A stretch of 64,000 nucleotides of DNA from Octopus vulgaris (lineage: Eukaryota). The stretch is from assembly GCA_951406725.2 (NCBI GenBank), contig OX597843.1:14384001-14448000 (forward strand). Reading direction: 5' to 3'. The notes under the pieces are model-generated. The model saw only the letters and a program-made list of their open reading frames with translations. It did not search any database and had not been told where the DNA came from. The position numbers and the translations under genes were made by a program. Positions 39,704 to 53,092 of the stretch are shown here, piece by piece; position 1 is the first letter of the stretch; every line of letters begins with the position of its first letter.

Positions 39704-41544
39704 TGTGTGTGCGTGTATGACTCAAAGGTCGTACAGAAAACGTGCAGCCCTGGAATCCCCTTGTTCCTTCTTCCAATTAAAAACCCTTATATTCTAGGCA
39801 GGTGTTGGTCATCAAAACTCTGTCTCGTTCCTGCTGTGATAAAGGTTTTGATTTTGTGCCATTTTAAAATTTTAAAAGACTTTCAATACAGAGTGGGAGG
39901 AGGGCAGAGGGGTGAGGGGGTGGACGTGTCAAAGCAGGTTGGTATTTTAGGGGTTAAAACAACTCTCTTCAGGTCATGTTATTAAGGAGCTTGTTGGGGA
40001 ATTGTCAAGTCAGTTTGTTCCCATTCAGCCTGTGTTAGGAGTGGTGGTGGTGGTGGTGGCACCAGAGGTGGTGAAGGAAGAGAGTTTATGTGAGTAGAGT
40101 TATTATACGCAATATATGCACAATGCATGCGTGCGTGCATATGGTGCAAACTGCATACCATGCATAGTGGGAATTGCTGCAGCTGAGACGGCAGAGGAAG
40201 GAGACGGCGGAGAAAGGAATAGAAAAGGGATGGGTGGGGAGGAATGGGGGAAATGAAGGATTAGGAAGGAGAGGAAAAAGAATAAGCAATGAAAGGAGGG
40301 GGGAGAAATTGGGGGTGGGAGAACATGAAAACGTGAATGAGTGAGGAGAATGAAAAACAGAGGTGGGGTGGGGGGGGGTAGAAAAAGAGTGAAGTAGGAA
40401 GAGGAGGAAGGAGAAAGAGAGGAGAGAGAAAAGGAAAGAAGGACATGGTTAAAGGAAGACATACGAAAGTGAAAGTAGAGGAGAAAGTAGAAGAGAGACA
40501 AACATATATTATATATATATAAAGAAACAAGAAATAAAATCAATATATATACATATATAGAAAAAGGGAAAAAAAAAGATTCAGAAGACAGAATTGAATG
40601 GAACAAAAAGTTGTCTGGGAAATGTGAAGATGCAAAGAATTTGCGAAGAATGTCAAGTGGATTGCAGAGAAAGAGAGAGAGAAGGAGAGAGATGAAGGGA
40701 ATATGGTGAGGGTGTGTTGTCTGGTGAAAGAATCTTAATATCATACAATACGTGCACAAACACACAGACAGACACGTGTGTTTGTGTGTGTGTGTGTGTG
40801 TGTGACAGTACAATAGCAATGAGAGATGGAGAAGGCCAGATCCTAATTACTAATTATGATGGTCGTGTAACGAGACACTTGACGGTAATAGTGTATGTGA
40901 GCATGTATATGAGTGTGTGTGTATATATATATATATATTTATTTTTTTATTCTTTTACTTGTTTCAGTCATTTGACTGCAGCCATGCTGGAGCACCACAT
41001 TTAGTCAAACAAATCAACCCCAGGACATACTTTGTAAGCCTAGTACTTATTCTATCGGTCTCTTTTGCTGAACCACTAAGTTATGGTGACATAAACACAC
41101 CAACACCAGTTGTCAAGTGATGGTGAGGGGGACAAACATACACATACACACATATATACATACACAGGACGTGTAAGGTATTTGAGGACATCCCTTTTTG
41201 GGGCCATTGCTGCATCTTTTGCTAACTCTGTATAATCTTTGTTTCAGAAAATAATAATGGCAGACACTCAGCTTACTCAAGAAATGGAGAAGTGTGCTGT
41301 TATTGTGGTCATAATGATATGTAGGTATGTGTGTGTGTGTATGTGCATAAAAAAAAAAAATATATATATATATATATAGGTGCAGGCGTGGCTGTGTGAT
41401 AAGAAGCTTGCTTTTCAACAACATAGTTGCAGGTTCAGTTCCACTGCTTGGCAACTTGTGCAAGTGTCTGCTACTATAGCGTCGGGCAGACAAAAACCTT
41501 ATGAGCGGGTTTGGGAGACGGAAGCTAAAAGACGCTTGTCATAT

Positions 41545-41591
<47 letters not shown>

Positions 41592-42463
41592 CATCATCAT
41601 CATCATCATCATCGTTTAACGTCCGCTTTCCATTGGTTGGACGATTTTGACTGAGGGCTGGCGAGCCAGATAGCTGCACCAGGCTCCAATTTTGATCTGG
41701 CAGAGTTTCTACAGCTGGATGCCCTTCCTAACGCCAATATATATATATAAATATATAATTATTAATATTTGAGGGAATAAAATCCAAAACTTACAAGGAA
41801 AAAAAATTCAATTTAGAAATACTAAATCAAATTTCACACAATATAATATATATATATATAAAAAATTAGAAAAAACCACCTTTTATCAATTCAAAATGAA
41901 CAATTAAATTACACCATCTAGAAAATTACATATAATAGAAATATTAAAATTAACAATAAAATGTCAAAGATTAAGTAAATTGCAAATATATATATGTGTG
42001 TGTGTGTGTCTGTATTTGTCCCCTCACCATTGCTTGACAACCGGTGTTGGTGTGTTTACATCCCCATAACTTAGCAATTTGGCAAAAGAACCTGATTGAA
42101 GAAGTACCAGGCTTAAAAAAATAAGTACTGGAGTTGATTCATTCAGTTAAAACTTCAAAGCGTGCTCCAGTATGGCAGCAGTCTAATGACTGAAACGGGT
42201 AAAAGATATATGTAAGAGTGAGTGTTTGTCCTACCATTGCTTGACAACTGGTGTTGGTTTGTTTATGACCCCATAACTTAGCAGTCGAGCAAAAGAGAAC
42301 AATGGAATAAATGCCAGATATAAAACAAAAATTATCAGTCAATTTGTTCAATTAAAGACAATGCCCCAGCATGGCCACAACCTAATGAGCGAAACAAAAA
42401 TATAAAGCAGAATGCCGCAAGGTAATCCATTCAATGCTTCCATGACAACCAGTCCAGCACCCT

Positions 42464-42835
42464 AGAGTAGAGAGGGAATTGATGTCTCGTAGCAAGTTTA
42501 TTGAAAGGTGGGTGAATGTCGCAAGAATGGCCAGTATGAACGGACCAATTCTAAGGATACACCTGTGAAAAATTAAAAGGAAATATTAAAGGAGAAAGGG
42601 GCTCTCTACCCCCTCTTTTGACCAGGCTCCCATGGCTTTTATGGGTTTTTCCACGAGTAACCTTTCGAAGTGCCTCCCCCTATTGGGAGTTTTAATTGTT
42701 ACTTATATTTTGTTGTCATCCTGATTTTGTACATGGACCTTTTTCAAACGGACAAAACCCTTTGTAACTTTTGTCCTGTGTTTTGTCCCTTTAGGTTTTA
42801 ATTGATTTTGTTAGATCTTGTGGCCAATAAACGAA
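42464..42835 (+). mobile_element. Probable L1/Tx1-clade LINE 3' end
   Basis: RVERELMSRSKFIERWVNVARMASMNGPILRIHL* (stop 42566-42568; F..RW ending), T-rich 3' UTR, AATAAA at 42826. Confidence 0.5.
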
Positions 42836-42913
42836 TTAATTATTATGATGATGATGATGTTGTATTTAAGGATGGTCATGTTGCCAGTTTAGCCAATAAA
42901 AACACACGCACTC

Positions 42914-42957
42914 GGCCAGAGTTCTTTCATCACACTCCTGTGACCTCATCAGTGGCC
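42914..42957 (-). ncRNA. Type I HHR motif (H1) in element ~42858-43100
   Basis: GGCCA CUGAUGA G GUCACA GGAG UGUGAU GAAA GAAC UC UGGCC. Confidence 0.82.
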
Positions 42958-43848
42958 CTTTGCTTACTTATGTCTTTCCTTACTAATGATCAGCCATTTT
43001 GTTGTATTCCTGTTGTATGTTTCTTTGCTTATATCCCCGTGTGTATCTATGTTTAATAAGTGTGTGCGTGGGAAGGTGCCTGTATTATCAGTATCCCCTG
43101 TTTGTACGTTTCCCCTTTCTACTCAAGGCCTGAAATTTTGGGGGAGGGGGACAGTCGATTACATTGAACCCCATTAGTTCACTGGTACTTAATTTATCGA
43201 ACCTGAAATAATGAGAGGTAAAGTTGACCTCAGCAGAATTCGAACTCAGAACATACCGACAGGTGAAATACTGCTAAGCATTTCACCAGGTGTGCTAACG
43301 ATTTTGCCAGTTTGCCACCTTAATTGATAATGATGGACTCTCTTGCTGAGGATGACATATGAAAGTTCAGTTTTTGTCAAATGACCTGCACAAATGATTT
43401 GTGTCACCCATCATCTCACTCTCTCCATCAAATTGACACTGTCTGAACAGGTGTGACAGGTGTGCCATGCATCAGGTGTGGAAGTGATCATAGAGCAATG
43501 TGAGGCGAAATGTTTTGCTCAAGAACACGACACACCACTCAGTCTAGGAATTGAAATCATGACCTCTGAATTCTGAGTGAAACTTCCTAACCACTAAGCC
43601 ATCATCATCATCATTTAACATCCGCTTTCCATGCTAGCATGGATTGGATGGTTTGACTGAGGTCTGGCAAACCAGACTCCAATCTGATCTGGCAGAGTTT
43701 CTACAGCTGGATGACCTTCCTAATGCCAACCACTCCGAGATGTAGTGGGTGCTTTTACGTGCCAGTTTGGTGGTACTGGCAACGGCCACGCCCAAATGGT
43801 GCTTTTTACGTGCCGTCCCATAATAATAATAATAATAATAATAATAAT

Positions 43849-44496
43849 AGACATATACAATCCTCTTATGTTCCAAATAGCCCAGCTATGGAAAATGAAG
43901 AATGTGAAGATAGAGCCAATTATTGTTGGGTCCTTGGGAATAATATCAGAAGGAATCAAGAGGAATATAAAGGAAATTGGAATAGAGGGCCCAGTAGAAC
44001 TGTCACAAAAGGTTTGCTTCCTTGGCACGGCCAAAGTAATCAGGGAAATGAATTGGTTGGTTGGAAAAAACAGCAAGCTGCTACGCATGCAAGACTCCAT
44101 GTGGAGGCACATGGCCTAGTGGTTAGAGCAGTGGACTCGTGATCGAGGGATCACGGGTTCGAATCTCAGACTGGGCGATATGTGTGTTTATGAGCGAAAC
44201 ACCTAAGCTCCATGCGGCTCCAGCTGAAGGTAATGGCAACACTTCTGCTGACTCTTTCGCCACAACTTTCTCTCACTCTTTCCTCCCGCATCTTGTGATG
44301 GACCGGCGTCCTGTCCAGGTGGGAAACCTCTACGCCAAGGAAACCGGGAAACCTCTACGCCAAGGAAACCGGGAAACCTCTACGCCAAGGAAACCGGCCC
44401 TTATGAGCTAGGCATGGCTCGAGAAGGAACAAACAAAAAACAACATGCAAGACTCCAGGAATTTCAGCAAAAAAATCTGACTTGAAAACAATAATG
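43849..44496 (+). mobile_element. 5'-truncated R4/Dong-type non-LTR element (restriction-like endonuclease C-terminus)
   Basis: QIAQLWKMKNVKIEPIIVGSLGII...IGI...SQKVCFLGTAKVIR; preceded by (TAA)9 at 43821-43847; 3' UTR split by a SINE. Confidence 0.78.
44100..44443 (+). mobile_element. tRNA-derived SINE with V-like domain, 14-bp TSD and 25-bp triplication
   Basis: tggcctagtggtt A box, ggttcgaatctc B box, gatggaccggcgtcctgtccagg; catgcaagactcca at 44086 and 44444; 3 x 25 bp at 44321-44395. Confidence 0.88.
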
Positions 44497-46147
44497 TTAT
44501 ATATATATATATATATATAGGGAGAGAGAGAGAGGGGGGAGAGAGGGAGAGAGAGAGTAAGTAAAAGCATTTGAAGTGAAGCAAAGAGGCTATCAGCTGA
44601 TATCATCATCATCTCAAGGCAGATGATGAAAGGAGGAAGGGAAGGTAAGATAAGAGAGTGATGCAGACAGAAGATAAACTCATTTCAGATAACATGGATG
44701 GGAGGGGAGGGCAGGGGAAAGGTAAGAAGATACACAGCAGCAGTGGAGGAGATAATATTGTAAAGGCAGGCAGTTGGAGTAGAATTGGGTAAGAGGAATA
44801 GTAAGAGGAAGAAAAGGGTTTGCGAAAGATGAGGAGCCCAAACAAGTGTGAAGTGTAGAGAGTGGGTTTATAAGGAGGTGAAAGTACTCAAGGGTGACCT
44901 CAGGACACTGAACCTTCTGCAGGAGATGACAAACGGCCGAGATACATGGGACCTTGTGGAACTCAGGAGGACCCATCCTCCACAGTAGAAGTGTTAAGGC
45001 CATGGCCACTCTACCTGGAGAGGAGGGTTGGCCTGCAAGGGTCCTGTGCTGGGTGAGCGGTTGATGTTTGAAAAGGTATCCCTGCTGTAGATATCATGCT
45101 AAAGCAAACAGTAAGGATTGGTGCAGTCTTCTGACTTGCTAGTTCGAATCAAACCTTCTAACCCATGCCAGCATGGAAAAACAGATGTTAGATGATGAAG
45201 AAATATATGGATGTGTGTACAGATATGTATTCACACACACACACACACACACACACAAGTAAAGATATATATGAATTACCCCTGAACCTTTCAAACGAGA
45301 TGGCAAAGGACCGAGATACCTGGCACCTTGCTGTAATCAAGCGTGACCAAAGCCTTGTAAGCGGATTTGGTAGACAGAAACTGAAAGAAGCCTATCATAC
45401 ACACGCATGCATGCGTGTGCGTGTGTGTCTGCCATCACTTGACAACTGATGCTGATGTGTTTACGTACCTGTAACTTAGCAGTTTGGCAAAAGAGACTGA
45501 CAGAATAAGTTCTAGGCTTACAAAGAATAAGTCCTGGGGTTGCTTTCTTCAACTAAAAACACTAAGGCAGTGCTCCAGTATGGCTGCAGTCATATGTATG
45601 TGTGTGTGTGTGTGTGTGAAGGTATGCCCTGACACTAGCCACTGTCTATCTCTCTCTTCCTTTATCATCCCACCATTCCTTGTGAGTATGCCCTGACACT
45701 TCGCCACCATTTCTCTCTCTCTCTCTCTCTCTCCCTTCTGGTTGGGTAACCATGTACCTTCTCTACAGCAAGAGGCCTGTTTCTGTCCCTCTGTCCCATT
45801 ATAACCTTTCATCATCTGACACAAGACCCTGTCCTCCAATGTACCCCATCTTCTTAAAATTCCTTGTCTTGCAACTCACTTGGTGACCCTGCCACTTCTG
45901 GTGCCATGTAAAAAGCATCCAGTCCACGTTGTAAAGTGGTTGGCATTTAGAAGGGCATCCAACTGTAAAAACCATGCCAAAAGTGACCTTGCCTGTGCTG
46001 GGGCCACAGAAAAACCACTCAGACCAATCCGAGTGGTGGTGGGTGCTAGATAGGGCATCCAGCCATAAAAACCCTGCCAGGACAGACACAGAAGTCTGGT
46101 GCTGTCTTCTGCCTGGCCAGCTTCTGTAAACCGTCCCACCCATGCCA

Positions 46148-46194
<47 letters not shown>

Positions 46195-46195
<1 letters not shown>

Positions 46196-46588
46196 TAGCA
46201 GTATCGCCCGGCATTGCTCGGGTTTGTAAGGGAAATAACTATATAAGCATTTTTAGAGATGTAAAGTATAATAGCCATCTCAGTATGGCTAAACACAAAG
46301 GGGGGGGGCGTGTTACTGTAGCTTTTTACGTTCTGAGATTTAATAATAAATTTTTAGAGAGTTACTTCCCTTATATATGCCAAAAATGCATTAAAAATGG
46401 GAAAAATTGATGGTAAATTTTTTTTTAAATCGTAGACTCATCGTAGAAGCGCTAATACCCAGAAGGGCTCGATATGAATCACGATTATAAGATATCCGCT
46501 TTTGGTTAAACTACACCGCAAAATGTGGGAGTAGTTAGTAATCTAAATCTTAGGAGACAGACACACAACCTCACTTTTATATATAAAG

Positions 46589-46589
<1 letters not shown>
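46195..46589 (-). mobile_element. Non-autonomous Helitron-like element
   Basis: A|TCTTTATATATAAAAG ... CCCGAGCAATGCCGGG hairpin, CTAG|T, in (TA)n. Confidence 0.8.
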
Positions 46590-46619
<30 letters not shown>

Positions 46620-47319
46620 TAGAGAAAGACAGACAGACAGGCAGGCAGAGAATAAGCAAGAGTGAGCATGAAAGAGAGAGCGAGCAAGAAAATACTCGCT
46701 CACCCTGTTAATCCAATACACTGATTTATAAAAGATTTATAGAAGATTTAGATTAAGAAAGATTATCCGAAAGAAAAGCTAATAAAAATGATAACTGAAC
46801 AATTAGTTTGTGTGAACAGCTGCAGTGTATTAATTGGTGGTGGAGGGTATGGTGGGGGGGGGGGTCAGGAGGGGATTAAGTCTGCTCTGATTGGAGGGGG
46901 GGAAATACAAGGGAAAGAATCAAATGAGACAAGGGAGAGGAGAGAGAAGGAGAATTAAAGAGAAAAAGGGAGTGACATACAAAGAAGGAGAGAGACAGTA
47001 AAAATAAAGAAAGAAAGGGAACAACAGGGGTTCCTTTCACTTCCTTTCTCTTTAACTGCGTGTCTCTCTCTCTCTCTCTCTCTCTCTCAACAAGACATTC
47101 TGTCATGGTTTGAGAGAGACAGACAGAGTGAGAGAGAAATTCTTTATTGATCATAAAGTTGAGAAAAAGAGGGGACAATACAGGGGACAGACAAAACAAA
47201 CGTTGGGGTCAGGGTATGGAATAAACAAACAATTAAAATATATACAATTAAATGAGTGATTAACAAAAAATGAATGTCTTTCTCTGACAGAATTCATCTT
47301 TTTGTGTAAGCATGAGTGA

Positions 47320-47636
<317 letters not shown>

Positions 47637-48322
47637 GCAGACAGATGGAATTCAAAAAAGGGAGATATCAAAGATGAAAGGAAGTGGAAATTAGAGAGGG
47701 GGAGGGAAGAGAGAGAGAAAGCAAACTGCAGAAATTATGGGAAAGAAGAGGTAAGTGTGAGGGGGGGGAGGCATTGTCGGCAGTAATGATTAAGGGGGAA
47801 AGACAAAAGATTAAAGAATAATAGGAGAGAGAAGAAAGGGGACAGGGTATGAAAGAAGGTCAGAAGTGGCTGATTTAGAAATTCACAACAACGCCCCCCA
47901 CTTTCCATGCCCCCCCCCCCGTCATCTACAATACCCCCCACCTACCTACATTCTGTCACCCTTCTGCTGCTGTCTCAACTACAACCCACCTGTTATGCAC
48001 CCCTGAATAACAATCCGTTCATCTACCCTTAACTATATCATCTCCACCACCACCACCACCAGCCTGCCAGGTGGGAAATCACCAATTTTAGTGGCCCTTA
48101 AATAACCTTTTCACTCACATTTAGAAAAAGAACAAACATCCAAACAAACTACAGGGAACCTAAGGGAGGAGACAATGTGGCTGCTAAAAATAGCAGTCAA
48201 TACAACTACTACACCCCCCCCCACCTAATACCTCCACCTACAGCAGAATGTGCACTCACAAGAGACAGATGTCTATATAATATTTGATCTTTGGAGAGAG
48301 CATTCAGAGAAATTAACACAGG

Positions 48323-48599
48323 GGATCTTTTCCGTTTGAACGGCAGTTTTTTCCAGCAGTGTCATATGAAATTGTCACCCATAATTATGACCCTAGAATC
48401 GATCTATTGCATTTCAATCTCTTTTAGGGTTAGTGGTGGGGGGAAGGGTATCTTTTTTTTCTTCAGAAATATAAATAAACCCAATCTGTTTCTTAAATGA
48501 GGAACATATTCATACGGCACAGAATGTTTTCACCTCAATAGACGTCATTGATTGGTTGAAATTGCAGAAAAAAAACTGCCGGTCAAACCGAAAAGATCC
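48323..48599 (+). mobile_element. GG-MITE, internally deleted
   Basis: Both TIRs present; ~140 bp of internal sequence missing. Confidence 0.9.
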
Positions 48600-49113
48600 A
48601 TTTTTTTTCCTTCTCCAAGATTGATTGCTCCCCCACCCCTGCAACTAAGGAGCTCCGTCTACCCATACAAAAGTCTATATAACCTGTAGATAGGGACCTG
48701 ACAGGTACTACAGTTCTGGGTCAGTTAGACACGGGAGCAATGATAAGTAAGAGTGACTCTATGCTCCCCACAAATCCAGAATGCCCAAACTGGAGCCTCA
48801 CCCAGCTTAATCCTTAAGCATTTAAACTGGCCTTATCTGGCCAAAATATTCTACTTGTTTTATGTTTAAACTGACCATATCATACCTCTCACACCTACCC
48901 TGCAATGTCATTTTAAACTTAAATGATCACATCATTAAAATCTTGAAGCTACAAGGTTAATCCATGGTGAATTCAAAATAACATGACTCTTGTATAAGCA
49001 TCGCATTTGACAATAATTTGATGCTAAGGGGTTTAAAATCACACCCAGAAAAACCGAAATTGGCAGCTGAAGAGCTGGAATGATAGCATCACAGCATGGA
49101 CAAGTCTTGAGTT

Positions 49114-49531
49114 GGGTCTTTTCGGTTTGACCAGCAGTTTTTTAAAATAATTTCCACGTAACTAAACACTTTTAAACTTCGTATACTGGTAGAATGTGTT
49201 TATAAAATATCTTTTTCTCTTGGCTTTATTGAGAAAATTCTATAGTTTGTAAGATATTTGTTGTTTTTTCTCTTCAACTTCTGCAATTTCAACCAATCAA
49301 TGATGTCTATTAAGGTAAACAACATTCTTTGAGGTATGAATATGTCCCTCGTTTAAGAAACAGATTGGGTTTATTTACATTTCTGAAGAAAAAAAAGATA
49401 CCCTTCCCCCACCACTAACCCTAACCCTAAAAGGGATTGAAATGCAATAGATCGATACTAGGGTCATAATTATGGGTGACAATTTCATATGACACCGCTA
49501 GAAAAAACTGCCGTTCAAACCGAAAAGATCC
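49114..49531 (-). mobile_element. GG-MITE, full length, inverted orientation
   Basis: Reverse complement of 3414-3828. Confidence 0.92.
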
Positions 49532-50465
49532 AAAAAAATATTTACAGGGGCTTGATTTGTTCAACTAAAATCCCTCAGGGCAGTGCCCCAGCGTGGCCAC
49601 AGTCAAGGTTTGAGTAACACAACAACAAGCTCAGACATATTTTTGTGGTGGACTAGAAGTGAATGGTGCTGTTCACTTTGAACAGGAAGTTTGTATCATA
49701 GAAACGAAGTTCGGCCTCAAAAGTGTTCAGACAAACATGATGGAAAGATCTGGAAGCTAAATCACAGGACTTGGATATTTCTATGGAAATACATTGCCTT
49801 TGTTTCAATTAACATTGAGAATAATGAAGAACTTGGTAAAAATAACTGTCATTATAAAGCTAGTGTCTGGAACATAAATGAACATGGAATTTCGATGGGA
49901 GGTTTTAACTGAGATCAGTTTAAAACAAGCAGGTGTCTGATAGAGCTAAGAGGCAATCTCAGGTAGGTTGGTATCAAAAAGGTTAAATGAGTTACCCTCT
50001 GGAATATATACTAAATCACCATCTTCATTTTTATGTCCACTTTTCCATGCTTGTTCGGTTAGACAGAATTTGTTGTGGATTTTCTATGGCTGGCTGGATG
50101 CTCTTCCTGTCACAAACCCTCACCTGTTTCCAAGCCAGATTGCAAACGAAGGGCATCACCTGCATCATTGATACACTTGTTTTACAACAATCATATGATG
50201 CCAAGCAAAGGTAACAGTAGGGTATGTGCATGTCTGTATGCCTATGCGCATATATCTTTTTCTTTTTGTTTCAGTCATGTGACTGTGGCCATGCTGGAGC
50301 ACCACCTTTAGTCGAGCAAACCGACCCCAGGACTTATTCTTTGTAAGCCTAGTACTTATTCTATCAGTCTCTTTTGCCAAACAGCTAAGTTACAGAGACG
50401 TAAACACACCAGCATCGGTTGTCAATGGAGGGGGAACAAACACAGACACACAAACATATACACGC

Positions 50466-50505
<40 letters not shown>

Positions 50506-51100
50506 GACGGGCTTCTTTCAGTTTCCGCCTACCAAATCCACTCACAAGGCATTGGTCGGCCCAGGCTTTAGTTGAAGACACTTGCCAAGGTGCCACGCAG
50601 TCGGACTGAACCCGGAACCATGTGGTTGGTAAGCAAGCTACTTACCACACAGCCACTCCTACGCCTATATATATATCATCATCATCATTTAATGTCTGTT
50701 TTCCACGCTGGCATGGGTTGGGCAGTTTGACTTGGGACTGGCAAGCCAGTAGGCTGCAGCAGGCTCCAATCTGATCTGGCATGAATTTCTACAGCTGGAT
50801 GCCCTTCCTAACACCAACCACTCAGAGTGTAGTGGGTGCTTTTTACGTGCCACCGGCATGGGAGCTAGTCAGACAGCACTGGCACCGACCCACACTCAAA
50901 TAGTGCTTATTACGTGCTACCAGCATGGGTGCCAGTTAGGTGGCACTGGCATCATCCATGACTGCAATTTCACTTGATTCAACAGGTCTTCTCAAGTGCA
51001 GCATATCACAAAACGATTCAAGGGTACTTTTAAATGGATTGGTTATGCAACACTGGCACATATATATATATTGGAAGGTTTGCAGATGATGTACAGGTAT

Positions 51101-51396
51101 TATATATTAGAAGAAATGAGGTAATCAGAAGATCGGATGGTTTATATTTACAGATATTTATTTATATATTACATTTTTATATATATATATCATATAGCTT
51201 AGATCAATATCGCTTTCTCCCATTCTAGTGGGGTTTTCAAATAAAAAAAAAAAAATTTTTTTTTGATTTGAAAACCCCACTAGAATGGGAGAAAGCGCTA
51301 ATGATCTATGTGATATGATATATATATATATAAAATGTAATATATAAATAAATATCTGTAAATATAAACCATCCGATCTTCTGATTACCTCATTTC

Positions 51397-51408
<12 letters not shown>
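51101..51408. repeat. ~305-bp near-perfect palindrome
   Basis: tattagaagaaatgaggtaatcagaagatcggatgg...ggttttcaaat A13/T9 centre atttgaaaacc...ctgattacctcatttcttctaata. Confidence 0.95.
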
Positions 51409-51438
<30 letters not shown>

Positions 51439-51661
51439 AATTTTAATGAAAATATAATTCTCTCCCTGATAATAAACTACAGATCCTTCTGTAGGAATTT
51501 GTTGCTCCATAACTTACGTGGGTGGACAGGGGAGGATGCAAAGCCTCATTCGTACGTTTTGAATTCGTTAGTAGTGGTGGTCAAAGATGGTTCATCTAGG
51601 GTTGCCCAAATCAGACGGGAATGTTCGATTTTTAGTGCTCTCAAATTTAATTTAATGAAAT

Positions 51662-51745
51662 CTTGGGCTGATGAGAGGAATGTTGGAATAGGGATGTATT
51701 TCTAGCATCTCTATATCTAACTAACCCAGAAACGCCGTTCTCAAG
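51662..51745 (+). ncRNA. Type I HHR motif with long stem II (H6)
   Basis: CUUGGG CUGAUGA [GUUGGA AUAGGGAUG / CAUCUCUAU A UCUAAC] GAAA CGCCG UU CUCAAG; 6-bp stem I; stem II base mismatched. Confidence 0.72.
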
Positions 51746-51938
51746 TAATCTATTTTCGAGTGAACTTTCGTTATTTTTCCCTCTATGCCTACGTGAATTG
51801 TTTTTGAGTATACATTGTCTGGGAGACTCTTCTTATAGTAGAGGAAATAGCTAAATTCTCTGGCTGCTATTTCTAAAAGTTTGGTGTGTGGTAAAGCAAA
51901 TTTTTTTTGCTGAACCCTAATTATATAAAGTAATGTTT

Positions 51939-52001
<63 letters not shown>

Positions 52002-52080
52002 ATCCAAAGAAGAAAACACAGCAACGCAGGACGTGGAACAATTAAAGTATTATTGACGCTCAGGAAAGAAGGGAAGGAGG

Positions 52081-52115
52081 GTTTAACGTTTCAAGTGGAG
52101 CTCTTCGTCGGAAAC
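52081..52115 (-). ncRNA. Minimal HHR motif (H2), core variant CCGACGA
   Basis: GUUU CCGACGA A GAGC UCC ACUU GAAA CG UU AAAC; palindromic AACGUU. Confidence 0.62.
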
Positions 52116-52218
52116 AAGGAGAAGGAAAGATCCCAAGGAGGGAAGACAGAGGAGACAATATTTGAGCTGGTGGAGCTTAAGAGATCACATATATATATAT
52201 ATATATATATATATTTTT

Positions 52219-52619
52219 GTGTTGAAACAGATATTGTTGTATTTAGGAATGGTCATTTTGCCAGTTTAGCCAATAAAAACACGCACACTATATAAACAGG
52301 AGATATAAATATTACAGACACTTCCCCCCACACACACTAACTAAACATAGACACACATAGAGGTATATGCATGCGCAAATGAAGACACATACAATAGGAA
52401 TACAAAATAGCTGACCGTTAGTAAGGAGAGACACAAATAAGAAAGAAGAAAACAAAGGACCACTGATGAAGTCACAGGAGTGTGACGAAAGAACTCTGGT
52501 CGAAATAAGATTAAGATTAATGTAAAATATAAATAACACTGAAGCAAAGTAACACCAAATATATAATGCGTGTGTTTTTATTGGCTAAACTGGCAAAATG
52601 ACCATTCCTAAACACAACA

Positions 52620-52621
<2 letters not shown>
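52219..52621 (+). mobile_element. Family H1 element with ~60-bp inverted termini, in (TA)n
   Basis: tattgttgtatttaggaatggtcattttgccag... inverted at ...ctggcaaaatgaccattcctaaacacaacaata. Confidence 0.8.
52458..52501 (+). ncRNA. Type I HHR (H1), intact core
   Basis: GACCA CUGAUGA A GUCACA GGAG UGUGAC GAAA GAAC UC UGGUC; perfect stems I and II. Confidence 0.87.
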
Positions 52622-52699
<78 letters not shown>

Positions 52700-52701
<2 letters not shown>

Positions 52702-52998
52702 AGGTGCAATGGTTCAGTGGTTAGGGCAGCGGACTCGCAGTTATAGGATCATGGTTTCGATTCCCAGACTGGGCATTGTGAGTGATTATTGAGCGAAAAC
52801 ACCTAAAACACCATGAGGCTCCGGTAGGGGGTGGTGGCGATCCCTGCTGTACTCTTTCACCACAGCTTTCTCTCACTCTTTCTTCTGTTGGCCTGCTTGC
52901 TTAGCCAGCAGGGTGGCATCATTTGAAGGCTAAAACAATACAAAGCGCATTGTGACCAGCGATGTGTAACAACATCTGATAGCCTGGTCAGTCACGGT

Positions 52999-53002
<4 letters not shown>
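52700..53002 (+). mobile_element. tRNA-derived SINE family D
   Basis: tggttcagtggttag A box, gtttcgattccc B box; other copies at 61103-61372(-) and 58700-58812. Confidence 0.85.
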
Positions 53003-53036
<34 letters not shown>

Positions 53037-53056
53037 TAATGCGCTTCGTATTTTTT

Positions 53057-53092
<36 letters not shown>

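Noticed and set aside
44101-44175. tRNA gene (also SINE heads at 2451, 52700 and others)
   Set aside because: A and B boxes continue into SINE bodies with tails or TSDs; I could not build a full cloverleaf.
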